A stretch of DNA of 46,050 bases from an uncultured Mageeibacillus sp. (GTDB taxonomy: Bacteria; Bacillota; Clostridia; Saccharofermentanales; DTU023). Positions 17,059 to 26,395 of the stretch are shown here, piece after piece (position 1 is the first letter of the stretch; each line of letters opens with the position of its first letter). Below the pieces are notes generated by a model, which made no database searches, was not told where the DNA came from, and saw only the letters and a list, made by a program, of their open reading frames with translations. The stretch is from the NCBI GenBank assembly GCA_964345335.1, contig CAYFQU010000005.1, positions 1 through 46,050 on the forward strand. The letters run 5' to 3'. A program made the position numbers and the translations under genes.

Positions 17059-18090
17059 ATGGCGATTTTGAACTTACAGGAAGCTGCTGAAAACGGCAAG
17101 ATATCTCAGGGGATCGTGCTGATTAATAATCCGCCGATGGTGCGTTCCGGTAAAAAGGGCGACTATATGGTCGGACAATTTGCTTCTGTTGAAGGGGATT
17201 ATGAATTTAAGATCTGGGAAGAAGAAATTTTTTCTATTATTCAGGCTTATGGTCCGGGACTTTATGATGTAGAAGTAATCGGAGCGGAATTTAATGGTTT
17301 TTATTTTACGGTACGGAGAGCGGAGCCTTGTACTGATTCCAATATCTCAAAGCATGATTTTTTGCCGCGTATTCCGCGTGAGCATATTAATCAACAATGG
17401 AAAAGAACCATCTCTTGCTTACATTCTTTAGGTGTCAGCAATGATTGCTGGCAATTAGTGCAGGATATCCTGTCTGCCCCTGAATTAGAAGGACGCTTTA
17501 CGGTTGAAGGAGCAGCTATTTTTCATCATGATAATAAAATTGGCGGTTTAGTCAACCATACGACCAAAATGCTGAATATTCTGGCCGCTTTGTTGGAAAA
17601 CAATACAGAACTTGTTGAATGTGCCGATTTATTGGCTTTTTCTATTGTTATGCATGATATCGGCAAAGTTTTTGAATATAAAGATTTGGCACCGGCTGAA
17701 TTTTGGTACAGTAATCACCGTGTACGCGGCATCGAATTTCTTGCTAAATACCGGGATGACATAATCGATCTTTACGATGAAGTTTTTTATCGTCATGTGC
17801 AAAGTGTGATTGCGGGACATCATGGCGAATATGGGGATCGTCCGACCAGCGTAACAGCTGGTATTGTGCATTATATTGACACTTTGGAAAGTCAGACAAC
17901 CGGTCTGATCGAAGCTGTTATTGACTGTAAAGCAGATCGTATTCGCTATACTGATTGGGGATTTTTGGAACCTTTGCCGATCAGACAATTTAAGCCTCTG
18001 GACGAAGATTCTCCGGAAGCTTTAGAATCTTATTTCACTAATCCTGTTCAGCATGAGCCAATCGGAAATGATGACAGCGATGCAGAATAA
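17059..18090 (+). CDS. yhaM: YhaM-like 3'-5' exoribonuclease (OB-fold plus HD domain)
   Basis: 343 aa. The N-terminus looks OB-like (GDYMVGQFASVEGDYEFKIWEE..). The C-terminus carries HD-domain residues (IVMHDIGKV, AGHHGEYG, VHYIDTLES), collinear with B. subtilis YhaM. Confidence 0.6.
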   Translation: MAILNLQEAAENGKISQGIVLINNPPMVRSGKKGDYMVGQFASVEGDYEFKIWEEEIFSIIQAYGPGLYDVEVIGAEFNGFYFTVRRAEPCTDSNISKHDFLPRIPREHINQQWKRTISCLHSLGVSNDCWQLVQDILSAPELEGRFTVEGAAIFHHDNKIGGLVNHTTKMLNILAALLENNTELVECADLLAFSIVMHDIGKVFEYKDLAPAEFWYSNHRVRGIEFLAKYRDDIIDLYDEVFYRHVQSVIAGHHGEYGDRPTSVTAGIVHYIDTLESQTTGLIEAVIDCKADRIRYTDWGFLEPLPIRQFKPLDEDSPEALESYFTNPVQHEPIGNDDSDAE

Positions 18091-18790
18091 TTGGCAGCAA
18101 GCCCTTTATGAACGCTCTTTGCCTTTACTGAAAAAAGAAGGTATTGAAAAATTAAGCAAGGCAAAAGTAGCAGTTTTCGGCGTCGGCGGCGTCGGTTCTT
18201 ATGCAGTAGAAGCTTTAGCCAGGGCCGGTATAGGACATTTTGATCTGATTGATAAGGATACTGTCGACCCCAGCAACTTAAATCGTCAGCTCTGCGCTCT
18301 GCATTCAACCATCGGTCAAGCGAAAGTCCAGGTGATGAAATCTAGAATTCTAGACATAAATCCTGCTGCTGTCGTTCATAGTCAGCAGCTTTTTCATACA
18401 CACGACACAGAGTTAGATTTTCTGCCGGATGATTTAGATTTTATCGTGGATGCAATTGATCATGTCAAAGCCAAAATTGACCTGATCATTCGTGCTCATG
18501 AAAAAAACATACCGATCATCTCGGCTATGGGTGCCGGCAATAAATTTGACCCGACAAAATTTGAAATTACAGATATTTATAAAACATATAATGATCGTCT
18601 TGCCAAAGCGATTCGAACGGCATTGCGCAAAGCAAATATAAAAAAACATCCGGTTGTTTTTTCGCCAGAAACACCCACTTTCAAGGATCCGGATCTGATT
18701 GCTTCCTTATCTTTCGTTCCTTCTGTCAGCGGCCTGCTCTGTGCTTCTTATGTGGTGCGTATGCTCACCGGAACAATGACTGCTTCATGA
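18053..18790 (+). CDS. tcdA: tRNA threonylcarbamoyladenosine dehydratase (TcdA/CsdL, ThiF/E1-like)
   Basis: 245 aa with VAVFGVGGVGSYAVEALARAGIGHFDLIDKDTVDPSNLNRQ. The first ATG overlaps the yhaM end by 38 nt, and in-frame ATGs at 18068, 18071 and 18080 are alternative starts. Confidence 0.78.
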   Translation: MSQSEMMTAMQNNWQQALYERSLPLLKKEGIEKLSKAKVAVFGVGGVGSYAVEALARAGIGHFDLIDKDTVDPSNLNRQLCALHSTIGQAKVQVMKSRILDINPAAVVHSQQLFHTHDTELDFLPDDLDFIVDAIDHVKAKIDLIIRAHEKNIPIISAMGAGNKFDPTKFEITDIYKTYNDRLAKAIRTALRKANIKKHPVVFSPETPTFKDPDLIASLSFVPSVSGLLCASYVVRMLTGTMTAS

Positions 18791-18952
18791 ACAGAGATCA
18801 TATTTTTCGCGACGGCTTTGGAAATATCGATTGTTACAATATCATAGCTCCACCACTAGACGATGATCTGACAGTTTTGCAGACTCGAAAAAAGGTTCAT
18901 CATGATATTTTATTCCGGCATAATTTAAGTTCTTGAAAAGGAGTTCAAGATC

Positions 18953-20302
18953 ATGTATTTCCCTTTACCTGATTATATTGAAACCAGCATCAAAAAATTA
19001 AACGAGTCAGGCTTTGAGGCTTTTTTAGTCGGAGGTGCCGTGCGCGATTATCTGCTGGATAAAACACCTCATGATTTCGATCTTTGCACTGCTGCTCTTC
19101 CCGAACAGATCATGACTGTTTTCAAAGATTATCCGACCATTGCCACCGGCTTAAAATACGGTACTGTCACCGTTTTAATCGAGCAAAATCCAATTGAAGT
19201 TACAACTTTTCGTATCGATCAGGAATATTTTGACGGTCGTCATCCGCAGGAAGTTTCCTTTACTCCTAACTTAAAAGATGATTTGCAGCGCCGTGATTTT
19301 ACCATGAATGCTATGGCTTATCATCCTGAGCAAGGGTTGATCGATTATTTTCAGGGTCAAAAGGACTTAATGGCCAAACGGTTGCGCTGTGTCGGCGAGC
19401 CCGCACAACGTTTTCAGGAAGATGCTCTGCGCTTATTTAGAGCATTGCGCTTTGCTTCTATCATGCAATTAAATATTGAAGAACATACTGCGAAAGCAAT
19501 TTTACAGTTTTATCCTCGCTTAGCTCAGATTGCAAAAGAGCGCATTCAAATTGAACTGAAAAAGCTCTTGATGGGTAAAAATGCGCCGGATATTTTATTA
19601 ACTTACCGCGATGTTTTTGCTTTTGTGATCCCTGAATTAAGAGCAACTTTCGATTTTGAGCAACATTCCCCTTATCATATTTATCCGGTATACCGACATC
19701 TTGTCGAAGTTGTCAAAAATACGCCCACCGATCCTACTTTGCGTTTAGCTGCATTATTGCATGACATCAGCAAGCCGCAGGAGTTTTTCTTAGATGAAAA
19801 CGGCATCGGTCATTTTTATCATCATGCACATAGCTCGGCTATTACGGCAGAACAGATTTTGAAAAATTTGCGTTTTGATAAAAAAACGATTGCTGCAGTA
19901 TATACCTTAATTAAATATCACGATACTCCTCTGCAAGCAGATAAAATTCTTTTAAGAAAGCGTGCTCAAAAATTAGGTTTTCCTATGCTGTATTATTTAA
20001 TTGATTTGCAAAAAGCAGATACTTTGGGACAGGCGCCGAAACTGCATCAGGAACGGCTAAACAGATTAAATACCGTATATGAACTGGTAAAAGACCTGGA
20101 AACAGAAAAGCCACCGTTAACGGTTACAGATTTAGCCGTCAACGGTTATGATGCGATGGAATACGGTTTAAGAGGTAAACAAATCGGTCAGGCTTTACAG
20201 AAGCTGTTGGAAAAGGTTTTAGATAATGAAATAAAAAATGAGCGGCAATCTCTGCTCTTTGCTTTAGAAGAAATTGCCGCACATGATTTAAATGATGACT
20301 AA
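18953..20302 (+). CDS. cca: CCA-adding tRNA nucleotidyltransferase (PolyA-pol head plus HD domain)
   Basis: 449 aa with GGAVRD, the RRDFTMNA motif and a C-terminal HD (LLHDISKP). RBS aaggag. Confidence 0.85.
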   Translation: MYFPLPDYIETSIKKLNESGFEAFLVGGAVRDYLLDKTPHDFDLCTAALPEQIMTVFKDYPTIATGLKYGTVTVLIEQNPIEVTTFRIDQEYFDGRHPQEVSFTPNLKDDLQRRDFTMNAMAYHPEQGLIDYFQGQKDLMAKRLRCVGEPAQRFQEDALRLFRALRFASIMQLNIEEHTAKAILQFYPRLAQIAKERIQIELKKLLMGKNAPDILLTYRDVFAFVIPELRATFDFEQHSPYHIYPVYRHLVEVVKNTPTDPTLRLAALLHDISKPQEFFLDENGIGHFYHHAHSSAITAEQILKNLRFDKKTIAAVYTLIKYHDTPLQADKILLRKRAQKLGFPMLYYLIDLQKADTLGQAPKLHQERLNRLNTVYELVKDLETEKPPLTVTDLAVNGYDAMEYGLRGKQIGQALQKLLEKVLDNEIKNERQSLLFALEEIAAHDLNDD

Positions 20303-20327
20303 ATGTTAAACAATCGTCAGTATTTTA

Positions 20328-21077
20328 TTATTGATAATCAACCACACCTACCCAAGATGCTAAGAATTCACGTTCTTCCTGATTACCCTTGACAGATTGG
20401 CTGGCTGCCACAATCGGCATCCATTTTTGTACATATTGTTTCGCCGTATCTGCTTTCTGACAGAAAAGGTTCAAATATTTTTCTGCCAATTCATCTTGTT
20501 TTTTCAGCTTAAACAGCAGATACGTTCTGGCCACATCTGCGGAAGCATTGCCGCGAGTTACATGGGACCAGTCCAGAATATAAGGCGTACCGTCTTTCGC
20601 AATAATCACATTGGACGGATTATAATCCCCATGACAAACTTTATCATGTCTTGGCATTGCCTCTAAGCGAGTATGCAGATCATAACGCGTTGTCGCATCG
20701 AAGCCGGAAGCGGAAATCTTACGATTCATTTTATCTTTTAATTTATTGAGCATCGGCGCCGTTTGAGCATGAATGGTCAATTGTAGATCAACAAACAACT
20801 CTAAATATTCATCTTCTTTTTCCGGGTTTTCATCAAATAGCTCTTGTAAATTTTTACCTTCGATATATTCCATGATAATCACGGCTCCCTGATCATTCAT
20901 CTCAACACCCATAATTTGGGGAATATGTAAATCAGTTTCTTCGACACGTGCAATATTTAATGCTTCATTCAAAATATCCGCTTTGGAAAAGCTTTTATCA
21001 AAAGTTTTATATACTTTTCCGTCCCGTTCATAAATTTTCTTATTTTTTCTTTCTGCAATTAAATGTTCAGATTTCAT
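20328..21077 (-). CDS. Aminoglycoside/choline-kinase-fold phosphotransferase family protein
   Basis: 249 aa with the Brenner motif HGDYNPSN, then ILDWS, and an N-terminal kinase-lobe Lys (KVYKTF). Its RBS taggagg overlaps the adhE stop codon. Confidence 0.65.
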   Translation of the reverse strand: MKSEHLIAERKNKKIYERDGKVYKTFDKSFSKADILNEALNIARVEETDLHIPQIMGVEMNDQGAVIIMEYIEGKNLQELFDENPEKEDEYLELFVDLQLTIHAQTAPMLNKLKDKMNRKISASGFDATTRYDLHTRLEAMPRHDKVCHGDYNPSNVIIAKDGTPYILDWSHVTRGNASADVARTYLLFKLKKQDELAEKYLNLFCQKADTAKQYVQKWMPIVAASQSVKGNQEEREFLASWVGVVDYQ

Positions 21078-21086
21078 ACATTCCTC

Positions 21087-23762
21087 CTAGGCTTTCTTAG
21101 AAGAACTTTTCTTCTTTAATTGTGATTCGTTCGGCATTTCTACTTCTTTAAATGTACTTTCACCATAATAGGCGTTTAAGTACATTTGTTTTATTTCGCT
21201 CATCAGCGGATATCTCGGATTTGCACCTGTACATTGATCGTCAAAAGCATTTTCAACCATCTCATCTAAGCTTGCCAGGAAATCTTTTTCTTCGACACCG
21301 TATTCCTGAATCGTATCCTTGATACCGACTCTCTTACGCAATTTCTTGAATTCTGTAATAAAGTTTTCTACTTTTTCTTCGTCCGTTTCACCCGGAAGAC
21401 CTAAGCTCTCAGCTACTTCTGCATACTTTCTCAAAGTATTCGGGAAAGGATATTGCGAGAAGGTACCCATCTTTACCGGCTGTTCGGAAGCATTGAAACG
21501 AATGACTTGCTCCAAGAGCAAAGCATTGGCAATACCATGCGGAATATGATGGAAGGCACCTAATTTATGGGCCAAAGAGTGGCAAACTCCGAGGAATGCA
21601 TTCGCAAAAGCCATACCGGCCATGCAGGCTGCATTTGCCATCTTTTCTCTAGCTTCCACATCTTCCTGACCATTATCATAACATCTTGGCAGATATTTGA
21701 AACAGTTTTTCAGAGATTGCAAAGCGATACCGTCCGTATAATCTGTGGCCAGCATGGCGGCTAAAGCTTCCATACAATGGGTTACAACATCAATACCAGA
21801 CGAAGCCGTCACGCTCTTCGGGGCAGTCATATGATAATCGACATCGATAATTGCCATTTTCGGCAAGAGTTCATAGTCAGCAATCGGATATTTAATATGC
21901 GTTTTTTCATCGGTAATAACGGCAAACGGGGTGACCTCGGAACCGGTTCCTGCCGTTGTCGGGATTGCGACAAAATATGCTTTTTCGCCCATTTTAGGGA
22001 ATTTATAAACACGTTTTCTGATATCAATATAACGCATTGCCATATCTTTGAAGTCGGCTTCCGGATGTTCATAGAGAACCCACATGATTTTCGCAGCATC
22101 CATTGCAGAGCCGCCGCCGATAGCAATAATTGTATCCGGCTTGAATTGATTCATCTGTGCTGTTCCTTCATAGACAGAAGCAAGCGTCGGATCCGGCTGT
22201 ACATCGAAGAAAGTTTGATGAACAATTCCTAATTCGTCTAATTGTTTAGCAATCGAATCGGTAAAACCGTTTTTATATAGGAATTCATCGGTAACAATAA
22301 ATGCTCTCTTGCGGTTTTCTTCAATTTTTAATTCTTGTAAAGCAACCGGCAGGCAGCCTTTTTTAATATAAATTTTAGGTGGAACTTTGAACCAAAGCAT
22401 ATTTTCTCTCCTCTCGGCCACTGTCTTCACATTGATTAAATGCTTAACACCAACATTTTCACTGACTGAGTTGCCGCCCCAGGAACCGCAACCTAAAGTC
22501 ATAGAAGGTGTGAGTTTGAAGTTGTACAGATCTCCGATACCACCTTGTGCTGACGGTGTATTCACTAAAACACGTCCGGTTTTCATTCTGCTTTCAAATT
22601 CTTCTAAAATATCTTTCGCTGTATTGACATTTAAGTAAATAGAAGAGGTATGTCCATATCCGCCGTCCGCAATTAAAGCTTCTGCTTTGGCAAAAGAATC
22701 TTGAATATCCTTTGATTTATACATAGCCAAAACAGGGGATAATTTTTCATGAGCAAATTCTTCCGACAAGTCAACGGATGTAACTTCACCGATTAAAACT
22801 TTCGTCCCCTCTGGAACTTTTATACCGGCAAGCTTGGCGATTGTCGCTGCACTCTGTCCGACAATTTTAGCATTTAAAGCACCGTTGATAATGATCGTTT
22901 TACGAACTTTATCCAATTCTGTCGGATTTAAGAAATAGCAGCCTCTTTTGGCAAATTCAAATTTGACCTCATCGTAGATGACCCGATCGACGATCACAGA
23001 CTGTTCGGAAGCACAGATCATACCGTTATCGAAGGTTTTGGAATGAATAATGGAATTGACAGCTAAAGGGATATCTGCCGATTGATCAATAATAGCCGGA
23101 GTATTGCCTGGACCGACGCCCAAGGCCGGTTTACCTGAAGAATAAGCAGCTTTGACCATGCCCGGTCCGCCGGTTGCCAAAATAATATCCGATTCTTTCA
23201 TCACCATATTTGTTAATTCCAATGATGGTGCATCAATCCAATCAATAATTCCTTCTGGTGCACCTGCTGCGACAGCTGCTTCCAAAACAATTCTGGCAGC
23301 TTCTACCGTTGATTTTTTGGCGCGCGGATGCGGTGAAATAATAATACCGTTTCTGGTTTTTAGAGAAATCAGACATTTAAAAATTGCGGTTGAAGTCGGA
23401 TTGGTAGTTGGAATAACAGCTGCGACCAAACCAATCGGCTCTGCAATTTTCTTGCTGCCATAGGCTTTATCTTCTTCTAAGACACCGCAAGTTTTGGTAT
23501 AGCGATAGGCATTATAAATATGCTCGGAAGCATAGTTATTCTTAATCACTTTATCTTCCACAACACCCATACCTGTTTCCGCGACCGCCATTTTTGCCAA
23601 AGGAATTCTGGCTTTGTTAGCGGCACTTGCTGCAGCAAAAAAGATTTCATCTACTTGTTCTTGACTATAAGTCGAAAAAACTTTTTGAGCTTCTCTTACT
23701 CTCACTAAAGCCTTTTCCAAATCAGCCACATTCTCGATTCTACTTCTTGTCTTATTCGTCAT
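21087..23762 (-). CDS. adhE: Bifunctional acetaldehyde-CoA/alcohol dehydrogenase
   Basis: 891 aa with an N-terminal ALDH domain (catalytic-Cys context FDNGMICASEQS) and a C-terminal Fe-ADH domain (GGGSAMDAAK, HSLAHKLG). Confidence 0.97.
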   Translation of the reverse strand: MTNKTRSRIENVADLEKALVRVREAQKVFSTYSQEQVDEIFFAAASAANKARIPLAKMAVAETGMGVVEDKVIKNNYASEHIYNAYRYTKTCGVLEEDKAYGSKKIAEPIGLVAAVIPTTNPTSTAIFKCLISLKTRNGIIISPHPRAKKSTVEAARIVLEAAVAAGAPEGIIDWIDAPSLELTNMVMKESDIILATGGPGMVKAAYSSGKPALGVGPGNTPAIIDQSADIPLAVNSIIHSKTFDNGMICASEQSVIVDRVIYDEVKFEFAKRGCYFLNPTELDKVRKTIIINGALNAKIVGQSAATIAKLAGIKVPEGTKVLIGEVTSVDLSEEFAHEKLSPVLAMYKSKDIQDSFAKAEALIADGGYGHTSSIYLNVNTAKDILEEFESRMKTGRVLVNTPSAQGGIGDLYNFKLTPSMTLGCGSWGGNSVSENVGVKHLINVKTVAERRENMLWFKVPPKIYIKKGCLPVALQELKIEENRKRAFIVTDEFLYKNGFTDSIAKQLDELGIVHQTFFDVQPDPTLASVYEGTAQMNQFKPDTIIAIGGGSAMDAAKIMWVLYEHPEADFKDMAMRYIDIRKRVYKFPKMGEKAYFVAIPTTAGTGSEVTPFAVITDEKTHIKYPIADYELLPKMAIIDVDYHMTAPKSVTASSGIDVVTHCMEALAAMLATDYTDGIALQSLKNCFKYLPRCYDNGQEDVEAREKMANAACMAGMAFANAFLGVCHSLAHKLGAFHHIPHGIANALLLEQVIRFNASEQPVKMGTFSQYPFPNTLRKYAEVAESLGLPGETDEEKVENFITEFKKLRKRVGIKDTIQEYGVEEKDFLASLDEMVENAFDDQCTGANPRYPLMSEIKQMYLNAYYGESTFKEVEMPNESQLKKKSSSKKA

Positions 23763-23812
23763 TGATTTAATCCCTCCAGTTATCGTAAACGTTTAAAACT
23801 TATAACAAAGTT

Positions 23813-23841
23813 ATTGTGAACGTTTACGATCAGTCTTGCAA
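23813..23841 (-). promoter_or_regulatory. Candidate adhE promoter (TTGCAA-17 nt-CACAAT), overlapped by a cre-like palindrome
   Basis: On the - strand the sequence reads TTGCAA gactgatcgtaaacgtt CACAAT. The spacer and -10 contain GTAAACGTTCAC. Confidence 0.35.
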
Positions 23842-23921
23842 TGAATAATATTACTAAAATATTAAAATATTATTCATCAAAAATTATTAATATGTACTAA
23901 AAATAGGATTTTTATAAAGAA

Positions 23922-24632
23922 TTAGGCCCCTAAGTAGGCTGCTTTGACATCCGGATCATTCATTAATTCTACAGCAGAACCAGATTTAACAATTTTACCC
24001 GTTTCCAAAACATAAGCCCTGTCCGCAATCTGTAAAGCGACCTTTGCATTTTGTTCTACCAAGAGAATCGTCACGCCGTCTTCATGTAATTTTTTAATAA
24101 CATCGAAGATTTTTTCAACATATAGAGGGCTTAAACCCATGGAAGGTTCATCTAATAAAAGCAAATTTGGTCTGCTCATCAAAGCACGGCCAATCGCGAG
24201 CATCTGCTGTTCGCCTCCTGATAAGGTACCGGCTCTCTGTTCGCGGCGCTCTTTGAGAATAGGGAAACGTTCATAAATACGCTCTATCTCTTTCTCTTTA
24301 TTGGCCTGCGTATCTTTAATGGCAAATGAACCGAGCATTAAATTATCAAAAACACTCAAATTTGTAAAAACACGCCTGCCCTCCGGCACCTGTGCAATGC
24401 CGGATTGAGTGATCATATGTGCCTTTTCCTTGGTAATATTCTTGCCGTTAAATAAAACTTCACCGGAACGAATCGGGATTAACCCTGAAATACTTTGTAA
24501 AGTAGTCGTCTTTCCAGCACCATTAGCTCCGATCAAACAGACCGTTTCACCCTCATTGACTTTAATGGAAAGACCTTTAATAGCATGAATATTACCATAA
24601 AATATATTGAGATCATTGACTTCTAATAACAT
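23922..24632 (-). CDS. livF: Branched-chain amino acid ABC transporter, ATP-binding protein LivF
   Basis: 236 aa with Walker A GANGAGKTT, the signature LSGGEQQML and operon context. Confidence 0.88.
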   Translation of the reverse strand: MLLEVNDLNIFYGNIHAIKGLSIKVNEGETVCLIGANGAGKTTTLQSISGLIPIRSGEVLFNGKNITKEKAHMITQSGIAQVPEGRRVFTNLSVFDNLMLGSFAIKDTQANKEKEIERIYERFPILKERREQRAGTLSGGEQQMLAIGRALMSRPNLLLLDEPSMGLSPLYVEKIFDVIKKLHEDGVTILLVEQNAKVALQIADRAYVLETGKIVKSGSAVELMNDPDVKAAYLGA

Positions 24633-24633
24633 G

Positions 24634-25404
24634 TTATTGCCCCTTCCCTAAATAAGCCTCAATGACTTTGGCATCATTGATAATCGTATGCGGATTGCCT
24701 TCGGCCAATATCTGACCATAGTCCAAAACAGTCAGGCGCTCGCAAATGCCTAATACCAGTCGCATATCATGTTCAATCAATAATGTTGTAATGCCGAATT
24801 CATTACGAATCAACATGATCGTGTCCATCAGCTCATCGGTTTCCGTCGGGTTCATGCCGGCTGCCGGCTCATCTAACAATAAGAGTTGCGGATCTGTCGC
24901 CATAGCCCTGGCAATTTCTAACTTACGCTGTGCACCATAAGGTAAGGATGACGCAGACTGATAAGCAAATTTTGACATATCAAAAATATCTAATATTTTC
25001 AGAGCCTTTTCGGTTGCTTCTTTTTCCTCTTGCCAGTATTTTCCAAAGCGAAACATGCCGGATAAAATTGAATAATGCATGTCTTTGTTGCTTGCAACTT
25101 TCAGGTTTTCGAGAACTGTCAAATGATTAAACAATCTGATATTTTGAAACGTTCTGGCTATGCCTTGTTTAACAATTTGATCCGGTTTTTTCCCATTGAT
25201 GGGTTTACCCAGTAATTTAATTTCACCTTCGGTCGGAGTATAAACCCCGGTTATCATATTGAATACCGTTGTTTTACCGGCTCCGTTTGGACCGATCAAA
25301 CCGATCAATTCACCTTCCTGAATCGTTAAGTTAAAGTGCTGAACAGCTTTCAAACCGCCAAAATGAATTCCGACATCTGCACAAGATAAGATTACTTTTG
25401 TCAT
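24634..25404 (-). CDS. livG: Branched-chain amino acid ABC transporter, ATP-binding protein LivG
   Basis: 256 aa with GPNGAGKTT, LPYGAQRKLEIARA and LLLDEPAAGM. Confidence 0.88.
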   Translation of the reverse strand: MTKVILSCADVGIHFGGLKAVQHFNLTIQEGELIGLIGPNGAGKTTVFNMITGVYTPTEGEIKLLGKPINGKKPDQIVKQGIARTFQNIRLFNHLTVLENLKVASNKDMHYSILSGMFRFGKYWQEEKEATEKALKILDIFDMSKFAYQSASSLPYGAQRKLEIARAMATDPQLLLLDEPAAGMNPTETDELMDTIMLIRNEFGITTLLIEHDMRLVLGICERLTVLDYGQILAEGNPHTIINDAKVIEAYLGKGQ

Positions 25405-26387
25405 TTGGCACCTCTCTTCATTTGCTGTTTGGCTTTACGATTTTTAATAAAGTCCAGTACTTTCGTAATCTGAAATTCTTTTCTGCCTAATAGCCCTTCC
25501 GGTCGGAAAATCATGATCATGATTAACATCAAAGAATAGACAATCATACGATATTCAGCAAATTCTCTTAATAACTCCGGCAAAATGGTTAAGACCGTAG
25601 CTGCTAAAATCGCTCCGGTGAAAGAACCCATGCCTCCTAAAACAACCATGACCAAGATATCGAAAGAACGATTATAGCCGAAATCTCCGGCTCCGATCGT
25701 ACCGATATTATGAGCATGCATAGCACCCGCTACACCGGCAAAAAATGAAGATAAAACGAAAGCAAACGTTTTATAATAGGTGATATTGATCCCGGAACTC
25801 TGAGCGGCGATTTCATCTTCTCTGATGGCGAGCACGGCGCGGCCATGCCTGGAGGTCATCACTGAATACATCAAAGTAATTGAGATGACGGCAATTAAGA
25901 ACATGATGCTGAAATTTTGCATTCTGGGAATACCATTCAAACCTTGTGCCCCACCTGTGAAATCAAAATATTCTATCAAAACCCTGATAATCTCCCCAAA
26001 TGCCAAAGTAACGATCGCTAAATAGTCTCCTTTTAAGCGCAATACTGGAACTCCGATAGCAATCCCGAAAATTCCTGCCATCAAACCTGCTAACAATAAT
26101 CCGACAATGTAATTTCCGGTATTAAAAGCCGGTAAAGATTTAGCAAAAAGTGCTGCGGTATAAGCTCCAATAGACATAAAGCCGGCATGACCCAAGGTGA
26201 TCTGACCCAGATTGCCGACCGTGATATTCAAGCTCGTCGCCAAAATAGTATTGATACAGACCAGTCTTAAAATAGACATCGTATAACTGGTAAATAAACC
26301 TGCCGCTTCAAAGATCGTCAGTAAGGCAAAGAGCAAAATTAACAAGGCTAAATTGATCAAATAAATTAATCTTTTTTCTTTCGGCAT
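25401..26387 (-). CDS. livM: Branched-chain amino acid ABC transporter permease LivM
   Basis: 328 aa, polytopic, with typical LivM blocks (GQITLGHAGFMSIGAY, LRLKGDYLAIVTLAFGEI). It overlaps livG by 4 nt. Confidence 0.85.
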   Translation of the reverse strand: MPKEKRLIYLINLALLILLFALLTIFEAAGLFTSYTMSILRLVCINTILATSLNITVGNLGQITLGHAGFMSIGAYTAALFAKSLPAFNTGNYIVGLLLAGLMAGIFGIAIGVPVLRLKGDYLAIVTLAFGEIIRVLIEYFDFTGGAQGLNGIPRMQNFSIMFLIAVISITLMYSVMTSRHGRAVLAIREDEIAAQSSGINITYYKTFAFVLSSFFAGVAGAMHAHNIGTIGAGDFGYNRSFDILVMVVLGGMGSFTGAILAATVLTILPELLREFAEYRMIVYSLMLIMIMIFRPEGLLGRKEFQITKVLDFIKNRKAKQQMKRGAK

Positions 26388-26395
26388 AGAATCAC

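Noticed and set aside
21319-23708. Multiple + strand ORFs (up to 151 aa) antisense to adhE, and similar antisense ORFs inside cysS, the P-type ATPase, kinase and other genes.
   Set aside because: They have no RBS, low-complexity or Cys/Arg/Phe-rich composition, and are fully contained in strongly supported genes on the other strand. These are typical shadow ORFs.
23814-23830. Rex operator at adhE. TTGTGAA is a perfect Rex half-site.
   Set aside because: The partner half-site at the expected spacing (TACGATC versus TTCACAA) is poor. The element fits a cre-like AACGTT-centred palindrome better. Rex is kept only as an alternative to test.
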